Part shown: one piece after another, positions 39,601 through 51,304 of the stretch | Layout of the letters: the number at the start of each line of letters is the position of its first letter | How positions within the stretch are numbered: the stretch's first letter is position 1 | Assembly: GCA_023213395.1 (NCBI GenBank) | Contig: CM041465.1 | Span: forward strand, 41,547,741 to 41,611,740 | Length of the DNA: 64,000 nucleotides | Source of the DNA: Cycas panzhihuaensis | Taxonomy: Eukaryota; Plantae; Cycadophyta | Direction of reading: 5' to 3' | Translations under genes and position numbers: made by a program | Notes under the pieces: generated by a model | Databases searched by the model: none | Seen by the model: only the letters and a program-made list of their open reading frames with translations | What the model was told of the DNA's origin: nothing

Positions 39601-40967
39601 TTGAGCTAAAAGATGGCCTTCTCTTCAAGCAAGATAGTATTTACATTCAAAAGCATGCAAACCAATTGAAGTGAGTCAGAGAAGCTTATACCTCTCAAGT
39701 TATAGGACACTTTGGAGTGGGAAAGACATTGTTAAATTTATACTGATATATGTATTGGCCAAACATGTAACAGGACATGACTACAATAGTATGAGGATGT
39801 ACATTATATAACACATCAAAGCCAGCCAATAAGAAGTTTGGATTATACACTCTATTTCCTATTCCATCATGACCATAGGAGAGTATCTCCATGGATTTCC
39901 TTAGAGGACTACCATGGACCAAAAATGGTATGGATTATTTGTTTGTAGTTGTTGATCAATTTAGTAAAATGGTGGTGTTGATTCCCTGTAGGAAGACACA
40001 TACATGAGAAAACATGGTTAGATTATGTTTCGAGCATGTTTAGAAGTATTTTAGACTTCCCAACTCAATCATTTCTAATTGAGATAGTAGATTTCTAAGC
40101 CATTTTTAGTAAACACTTTGGTAAATGATGGATATAAAGCTAAAGATAAGAACAACTTTTCATCATCAAATAGACAACCAAACTAAAGTCATCAATAGGA
40201 TGTTGGTACATCTATTATGAGGATATAATGCCAAATATCCTAAGACTTGGGATGAAAGTCTTCCATACTCACAATTTGCCTTGAATAGAGCTATCCATAA
40301 CTCAACCCAATAATTAACATTGAAGGTATGTTTGGGATTTCTACTTGTAATTCTATTCAATCTAGAATTTTCTACTCAACTTTCTACAGGACATGGGAAG
40401 GAGGAAGAAGGAAATGAGAAGGCACAAAGATTCTTAGTAAGAATTAGAAAAATCCATTAATAGGTTAAGGAGTAGCTTCAAAAATCTTAACAGAGATACA
40501 AACAAAGGTATGATGCACATAGAACCAGCCATTCCTTTAAGGAAGGAGATAGAGTTTGGTTATATCTCAATAAGAAATGATTGCAAGATGAAGGTAAAAA
40601 GCTAAAGCCTATACATTATGGTCCTTTTACAATCTTGAAGAAGATTGGAAAAAATACTTTCTAGCTTGAACTTCTAAAATTCATGAAGATATATCCAGTT
40701 ATGGATGTTGAGAATCTAAAGATGTTTAAGCCATCTATGTTGGATGAAGATGAAGATGGAGTTCCACTCTTACCAAATCTAGAGGATTTGCAAGTAGAGA
40801 AAGAGGAACCAATACAAAATGATTGCATGCTTCAAAGGAAGAAGACCAAGACCAGAAGAGGCACAATCAAGTTCTTCAAGATTGCAGAAAAATGATAAGT
40901 GCCCAGCAAGGCAAAATGGTATAGCAGAGAGAAAGAGAAAGTCAAATTCCCTCATCTACAACTATAA
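36617..40967 (+). pseudogene. gag-PR-RT-RH-INT-chromodomain pseudogene of C
   Basis: Gag PFKVEAKLELPIYD...DAEKL, knuckle CIHYKRVGYNIEDCW, PR VDVIFDRG...KPYTLRWLQ, RT PKKDGGWRM, MPFGLCN, IYLDDILI, RH ETDALG, YNKELYA, INT ISMDFL, YGPFTI, and C-terminal CMLQRKKTKTRRG...PSKAKWYSRE...KFPHLQL. Confidence 0.92.
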
Positions 40968-41005
40968 GGTTCATGAGACCATGAACTCCTAAAAAAGGGG
41001 AGTTT

Positions 41006-42112
41006 TGATCTATTTTCAGATCTTTAATTTTATAATACTCTTTAAAATGAGTATAAAATACCTTGTTAATATTTATTTTTCATATTTTTAACCTTCATTT
41101 AGTAGAAAAATGCCATTTAGATGATTAAAAAATATAAAGCAGGTGTAACCAAGTGGTCTACAAGTACAACCAAGTGGTCTACAAGTGCAACCAAGTGATC
41201 TACGAGTGTAACTAAGAGGTCTATAAGTACAACTAGGTAGTCTACAAGTGCAACCTAAAGCCTATTGGTGTAACCTAAAGCCTGCAAGTGCAACCCAAAA
41301 AATGGAAAAATAGAAAAATGGACAAGATTTTGATGGGGAAAAAAGAGTCTACTTTATACAAAATTTTAGGAGGATAATTTTACATGTGTCCTCTACATAA
41401 TAGAAGAAAGAAAAACCTATATTAAATGGTTTTAAGTTAGTTTTTTAACCGATCAAATGTTAGTTAAAAAACTAAAATGAGAAAACTATTTTAGGAAGAA
41501 ACATGCATGATAGGGTTTTAAAACTACCCAGATTTATTTAGGAATGGGAAGAAAGATGCCTAACAACTAGAAATGTATCAAGAGGAGCAAAAATTATGGT
41601 AAGATAATGCAAAAATAACTTTCCAAAGAAGAAGAATGGCTCCAAACTAAAGACTATATAAGAGAAACAAAGCAAAAATAGGTGAAAAAAAGAAACTGAC
41701 AAGAGAAGTAAAAGAAAAGTGCTAGATCTATTCATGGGGGCATTGAAGAAGCCCAAAAAGTCTTAGTTGTATCTAAAGGAAGAAGAAAACTAGTTGTAGA
41801 AGTCTAAGAAAGATGCTCGAGAAGAAATCTTCTCCAAGAAAGGTTTTATGGTTGAATGACATCCAAAACTTTATACATAGATCATTAGTAATAGTACCAA
41901 AGAGTATGCAGCAGCCTGAAATATTCCTAAAACACATTCCTCCACTCCCAAATTACTGTAGTAGTCTTATTCATGCTCAATAGAGCACAAAAATATAGAA
42001 TTTTGTAAGGAAAAATCTAAATATTTTTAAATTTAATGTATCATTATTTTATATTGTTCTGAATTTATTTTAATTAAATTAAGTTTTTACTTTTCCATTC
42101 AAATTTAGATCA
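41006..42112 (+). repeat. 3' LTR of C
   Basis: 7-bp perfect terminal inverted repeats; direct repeat of 30734-31704 + 36374-36432. Confidence 0.92.
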
Positions 42113-42119
42113 TAGGTTG

Positions 42120-42912
42120 ACGAGGTAGAGAAGGTACCTCCTCTAATGGGGAAGTAAGGAGCAGTCGACAAGTGGTCGAACGGGGAGGTGGAGCACCTAT
42201 AGAGAGGAGAGAGGGCTCTATTTAGAGTATTGAGCTAGGATCTATCGACGAGCAGGGTAGGGATAGAGGGAGTGGAGCTGGCGAGGGAGGAGCTACACAG
42301 GAGACTCGTTAGGAGCCATAGGGAGGAGAGGTAGTACTAACTAGAGAGGTAGTAGGTGGGGATCCAACAAGAGGTAGATCCCAAGGTATATGATTTGATT
42401 AATTAATTCTCACATCACATTACGTTCCTTTTCTTTTTAGAGTTTATTTTCTTCTCCAAGGGATTAATTATATATGACATGCTTTCTATTGGATAAGTAA
42501 TGAGACGATTACCTTGAGGGAGGTGTAGAGGACTCTAGAGGTGATCTTCCTATATGTTCCAGTATTAGATGAGGTGTTCACTTAGAATGTAGTGGATTAT
42601 ATACTGTTGAGACATTATATAGAGTACTATCGCCATGCATGGAGAGCTCGAGATCTTTATATAGACATGCGGATGGAGCTACAGAGGTGAGAGATGGAGT
42701 TAAGGGTAGGTGAGGAGGAGAGAAGATACCTACAGAGGCTGACACTAGCTTAGGTAGGAGCCAAATATACCCCATCAGCTAGCAACATAGTGCAGTAGGA
42801 GCAACACCATCTCCCATCTAAAGGAGAGTCTATACGTGGGGAGACTTCTAGTAGGAGATATAGAGCAGATCCAAATGTGCCTCAGGAGTCTCATCAGGGA
42901 TCATAGAGATGA
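42120..42912 (+). pseudogene. Antisense extra ORF remnant in the 3' region of B, with a probable intron (~42386-42497)
   Basis: Two G/purine-rich coding-like blocks flank an AT-rich spacer that starts AAG|GTATAT. The second block holds one frame for ~138 codons (42499-42912), broken only by TAG/TGA. Confidence 0.6.
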
Positions 42913-43784
42913 GTATATTATATATTGTTTGGGAGATAGAAGTATGATATGAGGCATTTTGTGAGCCTTAAGTTTGCATACATATATCATGTGTCATATA
43001 TCATGCATGATGGGTCACCTAAGTGATAGATGTATCATATTTTGTCATGATGTATATATTGATATTCTTTCTTAAAACTTGTGTTTGATTACTTGTCTCT
43101 AAACCTTTTATCCCCCTTATTCCCATTTACATTTAAGCATATGATACATTCATTAGTGTGACTTATCTAAGGAAACATGTAATAACTTTTATCATTTTTA
43201 CTTTTTTGTTCTTTAATGGTTACGTATTTTCTTTTAAATTTTTATCATACTATATACATGGTAGTTTATACTCATTTTGGAGTAGTATGGTTTAGGAAAG
43301 ATGAGACTATGGTAAGAATGAAAACTAGAAGATAAGTAAAAGATTGAGATGAGGTAGGTGAAATGTTTACTTATTCTATTTTTATAAACTTAAAACCACC
43401 TGGAACCCAAATGGTAATAAGTTTATAAAAGTAGAAGATGGAGTAATATAAATCTCCCAAAAAGAAAACTCATATAACTCACATCATACTCTTGATAGAT
43501 TATATAAACATGGGATAACCCCAAATTTATATAATATACCATAAAGAAATCAAGTTGTTTATCAAATAAAATTAATCTTACTTAATAAACAACCAAACAT
43601 CTAAGTATATTAGATTCCTCGTTGGCTCCTTTTAGGGGTAAGAAGATTTTAGGAACTTACCCCCTGCCAAGATCCTCCACGGCCCAAGATTCCAATGTCA
43701 GTTTAGCCCTTTTGTATGTCTTAATTCAATCTCATGCCTATCACCATAATCTCCTAACTACCCTTACCTATAGTCTTACCAAAC

Positions 43785-43871
43785 TGATAGTTTATACTCA
43801 TCATGGAGTGGTAGTTTATACACATTCTTTATACTCATTCTAGAGTGGTAGTTTATACTTATTCTGGAGTG
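43785..43871. repeat. ~24-bp repeated motif TGGTAGTTTATACTCATTCTGGAG in the Tat 3' region
   Basis: 3-4 tandem copies here; dispersed copies at ~43258, ~20811 and ~18931. Confidence 0.7.
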
Positions 43872-43899
43872 CAATTCCCCTAACTAGAAGAAGCAAGTC

Positions 43900-44302
43900 A
43901 ATTAATATGATCATCAAGGATTGAGGAAACAAGAGCATCAACTTTAAGATTAAAAGAATATGGTATATACTAGATAGTAACTAAAGTAAATAGGGATAGA
44001 AATGATTAGACCCGATGATGTAAAAGAAGGAGTCGTAGAGAGTAGACCTAATACATCCCAATCAACTGATAGACCATAACCTAAGAATCAACATACAAAG
44101 TGATAGGTCCCAAGTAAAAGTGAGAGACATCTAATAAGGCTCCTATAATTACAAGGTATTCATCTTCATTATTAGTTACCCTAGGTATAAAGAAACATGT
44201 GGAAAGGAGGGGACTTCCTAATTGGTTATAAATCACCCAAGCAGAAGTAGACAGTCCTGGGTTTCCTCTATTATCCCCATTGATGAAGATACTCAATGCC
44301 AT
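43900..44302 (-). pseudogene. Archaeal-type RNase H (aRH) ORF of B
   Basis: MALSIFINGDNRGNPGLSTSAWVIY...TNNEDEYLVIIGAL...ITLYVDS* matches the RNase HI pattern DG-xRGNPG...TNNxAEY...xDS. The frame continues past the stop toward ~43900 (...NLKVDAL). Confidence 0.85.
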
Positions 44303-45449
44303 GGGAATAAGAGGATCAAAACTTGGAGATTATGTGATCAATGAGAGAAGGTGTAGGAATCAATCAGTAAGGAGATGGTAGTAGAGGTAGATCTCTAACT
44401 GTGATGAAGAAAGAAGAAGGAATCCAAGTAAGATAATTATGATCAAAATATTAGGCAGGGTTTGAACATAACTGAGGCCATAATAGACCCAAGTAGTTAG
44501 ATCCAAAAATCTTGATGACTCATCTAAATGAACCCAACCTATAGATAGATAGGTGGGGACGAAGCCATCACGTGACTTTCCCCAGATTACAAGAGGATGA
44601 AAAATAATAAACTTACTTTTCACTTTATTTACCTTTTTTTTTTGCTTTATTATTTATTTATTTTTTTGCTTTTTACTTCCACCTTTCATAAGAACAAGAT
44701 CATAATTGTCCACTTAAAAAACTCTTCTACTCATATAGCAAGGATTTCTACTTTTTAATAAAATCGTAAAAGCAAAAAAGGGCTAATCTCTTTAAGGAAT
44801 AAATCACAGAAAGCAAAGAGGAAATTAAAATCACGATGTCTCCAAGCATGAAGGGAAGGTGGCAAAATGAGTATCTGTTTTAAGGGAATAATAAAGACAA
44901 CCAAGGATAATAAAAATAATTAACAACTAGTGCTATATGACCAAAAAGGAAATCACAAAGTAACCAACTAATGAATGAAAGTAAGCTCTAAATCAATAAG
45001 GTAACAAACTAGTAAATGAAAGTAAACTCTCGATGAATGAGTGGATACTTCAAGCTAACAAAGGTGTTTCTCTTTCTAAGATGAGAGCACAATAAAGATG
45101 GGGGTATAGGTTCTCTTTTGTGTGCAGAACTCAAAGGAGAATGAGATCCAAGTGATGGTAAACTTACAATCAATATAAGTGCTAGAAAAATAGAATAACT
45201 TACATAATCATATATTAGATCTATTGCACAAACACCACAATGCTTAATGAAAGCAAGAAGATATCAGAAAGAAGGGAAGATTTACCCATACTTTTAGCTC
45301 ATTAGGTAAAGGAACAAGTTTTGGAGCCATAGATTAGAAAGAAAAGAGTTTGCCCATAGTTTTAGCTCATTAGGCAAAGGAACAAGTTTCAGAGCTATAG
45401 TTTATCCTCATTGTGGAGGTAGGAAATAGGCCTATCTATGAACTCTCAA

Positions 45450-48400
45450 ATTAAAGAAAAATCTTAATTAAACTCTTGATTATACATGTTACAATCAAGG
45501 TTAGATCTAGATATCAAGCCAAGTAAAGATATAGGATAATCCAGATGAGGGTGAGAAAGTAAAGAGATGGTAGAAATGGAATTAACTTCCTATACAACAA
45601 TGGAGATTCTGAAACTATCTTTGCATGTATCAAGTAAATTAGTATCTTTACCATCTGATGCTAAGTTTGGGTGTCGATGCAACATCTTCTTCTTATACCT
45701 ATTCAATCATGTCTTAAAGAAAGGGGAGTGAGAGAAAGTTAGGAAAGCATTAATGCATGAATCATGCACAATGATACTTAAGGAAGTAGTTGTTAGGTGA
45801 ATAGTTAAGGAAGGAATCACTGGATTCGCTCCTAAGGGCAAACACAAAACCTATAAGAAATGAGTATGAATAGGATCTGTTTCAATAAGGTCACTTGGGG
45901 GTGAGCCTTGGTAATATATGATAGAATAAGAATATACTTCTTTATCTAAGATAGAAGAAGGAACCGAAAGGGAATTGGTCAAATTTGAAGAAATGGGAGT
46001 AAATGAGGAACCTAATAATAAAGGAACAATTTTAACTAAATCTACACCCTTCACTTATGGGTGAGTTGAAGGGGCTTTAATAGTAAAGTATTGACCTAGA
46101 CCAAGTGACTAAAAGAAATACTCTATGGAGTTGGAGTATTAACCAAGTTTTGAAAAGGTCTCGATGAAAGGAATTGATTGCTTAATAGGTTTTGGCTTCT
46201 ATTTAACAATCTTAAGTTCTCCCTTATGGATGAACCTGAGTTCACCAAAGAGGGATAAACAAACTACAGCAATTTGGGAGATCCATGATCTACCTAAAAG
46301 GATGTTATATTCTAAATCCAAGTTAATGATAATAAGGTCAGTAAGCATTGTCTTATCCTCCAAAGTGAGTGGAAGGGTAACTTAACCGAAGGGCACCTTT
46401 TGATTCTTGTCATACCCTTGGCAGATCCATTCACATGGATCAAATATGAAATTTTCTAAATCCTTGACAAGACAAAGAGGGATTACATTGATAGATGATC
46501 CTTAATTGATGATAACCCACTTGGTATTAATATCATCCTTAATGGTCTCAATGTAAACTGGAGGAATGTCATTCGGTATGTGGGCAGAATAATTAGGCAA
46601 GGTAGTGAGGTTAAACGAAAGGTTAGAAGTAGGTAAAGAAATTACCACAAGAACTCCTAATGCATTAAATAAAAGTTGACATTGCTTAGGGTAACACTTA
46701 AGCAAATCAATAACCTATATACCTGCAAGAATGGTCTTTAACTCTTCTACCAAAAAGAAAGATTCATTCTTTAAACTAGAAGGAATAGACCTAAACCTAA
46801 TGGGATAAGGAGGTACTAGAGGTAAAGAGCCAGGATTCCTCATCATTAAATCATCCAGTGATTTGGATGGACCTATGCTCTTTGAAGTCTCTACCATGTT
46901 TATGGTTCTCTTGGTATCCTCACCTTTAGGAGGTGGGTGAGATTAATTGGCGTTTCTTTTTTTTTTAATATTCATGGGAGTGGCAGTCTTCTTAGATGAA
47001 TTAGAGCTTGAAGGTTCATCTTCGTTATCTTTTATCTACTTCCCCTTACCTTTATCTTCTTTACTAGTTTTCTCACCATGTTGAGGCAATGGATCCTTAT
47101 GGATCATTTGGTCTTGCGGTGACTTGGAAGAACAATTTACTTAAGTGTTTATGTTATGGGTTGCATTATGAATAGTTCAGCACTCACTTCTATCATGTGT
47201 ATTAGTCTAATGATAGAAGCACCATTTCATCTTTCTAGATGAAGGAGAAGGTGGAGGGGGAGCTTGTTTCTTCCTCCCCCCAGTCAAATGAATTACTTTG
47301 GTCTCTTAAGAGGATTGAGCAAGAGATGGACCATTAATGTATAACTTAGTATTAATCACATGCTTAAGTGATCTAATTGAAGAAGTAAGATGATCATGTA
47401 TAGGCTCTGAATGGGTAGCCTTCATTAGATGAACTAGATCTTTAGAAGGCATAGATTTCCCAACCTTCTTAATACCTTCTTATATTTCAAATGTCTCTAA
47501 ATCTAAACAATAACCAACTGCTTCCTCATTCATTTGAGGACCAAGCTTTAAAACTTCTAAATGTACATAAGGCCTCAATGCATTTATAAATAGATCAAAC
47601 AACAAATTGGGATCAAGATATGAATGGAAAGTGTGAACTTGATCTTGAAATCTCCTAATAAAATAACTTGAAGTTTTATCATTATTTTACTTAATTGCCA
47701 ACAAGGATTTGATACTTGACTCAAACGGTCTTTCTACATTAAAATAGTTGATAAAAGAGTCAACTAGTTATTGAAACGAGAGAATTGAAGGTAAAGGAAG
47801 ATGATAAAACCACTTCAAGGCATTGCCCTAAAGTGATTTAGGAAATAGATATATTATAACATAGTCATATGGCATAAAATCCATGTAAGTAAGCACAAAT
47901 GCCTATATATGAGAGGCAGGGTCTTAAGAAGAGTCACCAGAAAATTTGGTAATTCAGGAAGAAACAGGGGTATAGGTGACAACAAAACCTCGCATGGGAA
48001 GGGAGACTTCATATAATCTAAAAAGGGCCTCCTTGTCCTCAATGTAGCAGGACATTGAGGTAAAGATGACATATGAGGAATAGATGAATGAATAAGTTGT
48101 TGCAACTGTAATTGTTGTTGTGATATATCATGAGGTAGAAGAGTGGAAGGAGGAACAAACCATATTGTGGGGTTAACCACAGAATTAGTTTAAGGTATAA
48201 GGTTTTATGGGAAACTTAAATTAAAGGTATAGAATGGGTTAGACTATGGGGTAGGCCTACGAATATGTAAAGAAAAAGTGGGATTAGAAGTCCCCAAAGT
48301 TATGATTATCCTGTCAAAACATGTAAATGTATTAAATAAATATGAGAAACATGTTGTGATAAGGAAATCATGTTAGACACTCTAGGTGATGGTGGGCGAG

Positions 48401-49223
48401 GCCTAACACCATGGTACCCAATGGTATATGATACATGAATGGGTACTTGAGTGGTAGAAGAAATAATAAGTGAAGAAGAAACCCTAGTAGAATAAGAACA
48501 AATTGATCATAAAGTGGCTAAGGCCATAACCACTTAACTGGCAGTGGGCATGGTGCTAGGAATGCTATAAGAAACCATGGTGGTCTCACCTCCATGAGTA
48601 GGAGGTATAGAATGGGAAGAATGAGTCTAAATTTACTACTTAAGAGAAGACTGACGAGGTTATAAATGAGTCAATTTGTGACCATCAACTTCTTCCATAA
48701 GTGGAGAATGAGGTCGTGACAAATGTTTTGGTGAAGGAGGATGAGAAGGGTGAGGGGACCGCATGGGTTTAGGTGGAGGGTCTACCTAAATCAACTCATA
48801 GTCTTCACCTAAAGGATTAATTTCAACATGATGCAATAGAGATGACATAGTATAAGTCTTCAGGTGAAATAGATCATGATAACTAGGCATGTGTAATGGG
48901 GTAGGGATCCTAGTAAGGATCAACTTAAGAAAAGATGGATGTAATCACGTAGAAGGTGGTTCTTCTTGTAGGAAAGAAGGATATACAAAAGAAGGATCAC
49001 CAAGATACTATGAAGGATCTAGATATCCCTACTCCATCAATATATTATATAATTAGGTTAAATCTTTAGGACGATAAACATATATATCATGTGCTTAAAA
49101 CTCTAAGGATTCAACGTACGATGATGAAATGTCCTAACCAAAGTGTAATGGGTGCATTTGAGAATCAGGGAGAAGGCCTTGAAGTCTCAATGAGCACCTA
49201 AATGTAGGTGTTGTTATTTCCAT
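45450..49223 (-). pseudogene. gag-protease pseudogene of B, ending at about the start of RT
   Basis: Start MEITTPTFRCSLRLQGLLP at 49223; gag FPKSL*GNALKWFY; knuckle WCFYH*TNTHDRSEC; PR GSSINVIP...YNILLGRSWI. Joins post-integrase sequence at ~45430. Confidence 0.85.
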
Positions 49224-49250
49224 AGGTTTACTTAAAGATAAATGGTGGTT

Positions 49251-49267
49251 CCCCAGTATGGTTGCCA
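49251..49267 (-). promoter_or_regulatory. PBS of B (Tat/Ogre-type, probably tRNA-Arg)
   Basis: TGGCAACCATACTGGGG lies 6 nt from the LTR and resembles the recalled Ogre/Tat PBS TGGCGACTCxxCTGGGGA. Confidence 0.7.
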
Positions 49268-51304
49268 GAAAGATGGTGGTGTTCTAGGGGGCTCTTAGGT
49301 TTGATCCCTAGTAAGGCTACCAAAAAGATGGTTAGAGCCTAAAGGGAACCAAAACTTAATATCTCTTAGTTTCTTTTTGTAATTAAAGTTGGGAGACACA
49401 AAGCTCAAGAGGACCTAAAGGACCATCTTTTCCCAACTCCTAAGGAGGAGTCTTCGCCTAGTAGTACCATCTACCTAAGTGTGAGTGAGATATGACAAAA
49501 GGTACGGATGTGAAATGGGGTGATAGAATCTATGAACCTACATGACTTGGTGAAGGAGTTCTAAGTTTGGAACTACACTTACAATATCCTCAATGTTCTT
49601 CCTAGGGATTCCTCTCTTGTAAGCGTTTCAACCTTTTGAGTTTTACTAAGATGTGAGAGAGGTTAGGCTATTAGAAATATAGTTTATCTTATTTTGGTTT
49701 TTAGGTTTTGATATAATTACAAAGATATATAGCCAAGAGAGCAAGACAACCAAAGAAAATACAAGATCAAACTCACATAAATCTTTTTATTTATTTACTT
49801 ATTTTCTTTAGTAAAAGTAAAAGTAAATAAACTAGAAACTATGCCTGTAAGTTCTTTTTTATTTTTTTCATTTTCAAAATTAAAAAAATGCATATGTAAC
49901 TATGAGATAACTTTTCTATATGAAACATGTATGATTTATTTCAAAAAGGATGATGCTATGCAAAATCTAAAAGTAACCATATGATTTTTTTTTAATGTAA
50001 ATTTCTCTTAAAAGAGACCAATGAGCATGCAAAACTAGCCAATATGCTCCAATCTTGATGCATGCAGTCAACTCTCTTAATAAAGTGATGAAATAATACA
50101 TAAAATAAGATATTCTTAAAGGAATCTATTGCTATTTTCTAATAATTTTTAGACCTATGAGATGATGGACAAGTCATAAATATGAACAAATAATCATCCC
50201 TGCAAGAATAATCACCACAGGTTCTATCACAATTGGAGTAATAAGAGCTCCAAAAGGAATCCTTGAACCCAATGTACAACTAAAAATTAAAGATGTTTTA
50301 ATCAAACAACACTAACTTTTCATTCTTAAGATACAAGGGATAACTTCAGAATAAAAGTGCATGCAATCATAGATACAAGATAAGCACTTCTTTCCTATTA
50401 TAAAGAGCACCTCAGAATGGCAATTTTCTTTTTAATTAACCAACTTTTCACACACTTTCCTTCAAAAAAAGATCAAAGAAGGAAGAACAATAATCCAAAG
50501 AAGTCAAACTAGAGCTAAATAATTCCAGAAAGAGCAGTAATCCAACTAAAATACAGACTGCTATGATAGAGTAGGAAGGAGTAACTAGATGTATGGTAGA
50601 GAGATGACCATGCCCCACCCTAGTCTATCCTTAAAGAACCCCATAAAGGGTTGACCTTTTAGCATATATTTTAGTATTAAAAATCCAAATGAAAGTACAA
50701 CAATAATCAATCAATGAAAAGGAATAATCCTAAGCTAAAATTACCTTCAAAACACCATGAAATAAGTTTGAAACTTAATAGTAAAGATCTTACTAAATCA
50801 AGAGAAGTTTAAAGCATAAAACTAATAATGATCTAAGAAAATAAAAGCTTAGACCATCATCAGTCAAGTAGTAGTGATATAGAAACAAAATTTCTTCGAT
50901 ATTCTACCCAATAATCCTAAAAAAATTAAAATTTTAAAGTCACAGTGGGAGTCCTTAAGAAATCTCCAAAAACTTCACAAATTTTCATAATACTAAAGCA
51001 AAAATCACTTCTTCTTTTTTCAATTTACAATTAACAATGACTCTTTATCGCTTCTAGGCATCAAGAGAATCAAATCCCATCAAATTTGGGTAGTGGCATA
51101 TAAAAATTTTGGTAATCTACCTAATTTTTCATTATATGATAGTGAAAAATGTGATCAATCACATTTTTCACCTACCAAAATACAACTTTATTCTAAAAAT
51201 GTCACCATTTGCATTTTTGACATAACAAAAAATGTGATTTTAATAAAGTAAAAATTTGATCAAAAACTGATAAAAATTTATATTTAATGAGTTTTCAAAA
51301 AAAT

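Larger units (their letters stand above)
30734..42112 (+). mobile_element. Element C: CRM-clade chromovirus
   Basis: 3' LTR 41006-42112 has TGATCTA...TAGATCA termini and is preceded by PPT AAAAAAGGGGAG. 5' LTR = 30734-31704 + 36374-36432 (left end lost). PBS-Met TGGTATCAGAGC at 36440-36451. Confidence 0.9.
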
